A program made the translations under genes and the position numbers. The notes under the pieces are model-generated. The model worked only from the letters and a program-made list of their open reading frames with translations, did no database searches and was not told the DNA's origin. A stretch of 64,000 nt of DNA, taken from contig CBDFJF010000002.1 of NCBI GenBank assembly GCA_965248265.1, forward strand, positions 3,776,001 to 3,840,000. The letters are read 5' to 3'. Numbering within the stretch: position 1 is the stretch's first letter; each line of letters starts with the position of its first letter. Below are positions 62,963 through 64,000 of this stretch, one piece after another. The stretch is from Candidatus Latescibacterota bacterium (GTDB lineage: Bacteria > Latescibacterota > UBA2968 > UBA8231).

Positions 62963-64000
62963 TTACTGTATCACCAGGTCTGCCCTCAACGCCCCGGCCG
63001 TCTTAAGCGACTGCAGGATGGAGATGAGGTCCCTGGGTGTGACACCCAGGGCGTTCAAATTTCTGACCAGCTCTCGCACCGTGGGCATGGCGCCCACGTC
63101 AAAGGAGCTGATGATGGGATGTAGATGGTCCGGCTCCTCAACGACCTCGGCGTCACCGCCGAACAGATCTCCCGCTGCGTCGCCGGGAATCTTCAACTGC
63201 AGGCTGCCATGGGACATGGCCACAGCGGAGACCGAAACGTTTTCGCCGATGATGACGGTGCCGGTGCGCTCGTTGACGACAACCCGGGCCGGCAGGTCGG
63301 GTATCACAGAGACTTTCTCTACTTCAGCCAGGAATTCAGTTACCTGCTGGGGCTCCACCAACTCAGGAGAAATCTTGATCTTGATGGTACCGGCGTCGAC
63401 GGCCTGAGCCAGCCCGAACTCGCCGAAGAATTCATCTATCGCCCACGCGGTACGCGCCGCCGTCGTCCAGTCGGGTTCATACAACAGCAAGTCGACCTCT
63501 TCGTCGACATCGACCAGCCGTTGAACCTCTTCCACTATGATGCCGGCATTGGGAATCGTCCCTACTACTGTATGGTTCTTGCGCACGGAACCACCGCCGC
63601 CACCACCGAGGTTGAAACCACCGATGGACACTGGACCCTGGGCCTGCACGTAGACGGTCCCGTCTGGACCTGCCAGGGGCGTGCGTAACAGAGTACCGCC
63701 TTGAAGTGAGGCAGCGTCCCCGAGCGAGGCCACCTGGATATCGATGTACCCCCCCTTGCGATCGAAGGGCGACAGCTTCGCCGTCGCGCTCACGGCGGCG
63801 ACATTGCGCACGCGAATGGCGTTGGGATCGACAGTCAGGTTCATCCGTTTCATGTAGTTGGCCAGCATGTTGATAGTGAAACGTGCCTGGCGACCGTCGC
63901 CGGTGCCCTCGAGACCGATGATGAGGCCTATTCCTGTCAGCTGCTTCTCTTCACCGATCTGGACGCGCGCCAAGTCCTTGATGCGCACGGCGGCTTGACC
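62963..64000 (-). CDS. flgI: Flagellar P-ring protein, 5' end beyond the window
   Basis: RIKDLA..LTGIGLIIGLEGTGD, DAASLQGGTLLRTPL, VVVNERTGTVIIG and LKTAGAL motifs. Confidence 0.95.
   Translation of the reverse strand, partial: GQAAVRIKDLARVQIGEEKQLTGIGLIIGLEGTGDGRQARFTINMLANYMKRMNLTVDPNAIRVRNVAAVSATAKLSPFDRKGGYIDIQVASLGDAASLQGGTLLRTPLAGPDGTVYVQAQGPVSIGGFNLGGGGGGSVRKNHTVVGTIPNAGIIVEEVQRLVDVDEEVDLLLYEPDWTTAARTAWAIDEFFGEFGLAQAVDAGTIKIKISPELVEPQQVTEFLAEVEKVSVIPDLPARVVVNERTGTVIIGENVSVSAVAMSHGSLQLKIPGDAAGDLFGGDAEVVEEPDHLHPIISSFDVGAMPTVRELVRNLNALGVTPRDLISILQSLKTAGALRADLVIQ

Overview
GC-rich bacterial chromosomal window; protein style suggests an uncultured FCB-related lineage such as Latescibacterota, but that is inference only. 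It holds (1) a mixed block with a PqqD/nucleotidyltransferase operon, an orphan adenine methyltransferase, ssb, a thiolase with an intact IS3-family element in its 5' region, and tRNA-Ala(TGC); (2) the rplM-rpsI-rpsB-tsf-frr cluster without pyrH, plus queA-ispDF-dedA; (3) a late flagellar system with four flagellins, a 1223-aa FliD, FliS, FlgM, FlgI/J/N/K/L, FliW-CsrA and two large TPR glycosyltransferases; (4) an hrcA-grpE-dnaK-dnaJ-mrp-nuoB-like-prmA-rsmE-aroQ cluster. The most striking observation is an apparent ~15.9 kb inversion (about 31225-47122). Both breakpoints cut genes, and flipping the segment back restores flaG and an SH3/TPR membrane protein in frame. Second is a possible two-layer CsrA circuit: an ANGGA-hairpin-rich 3' trailer behind one flagellin, plus loss of the FliW-binding Asn in two of the four flagellins. 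All calls come from reading the sequence by eye; no searches were run.
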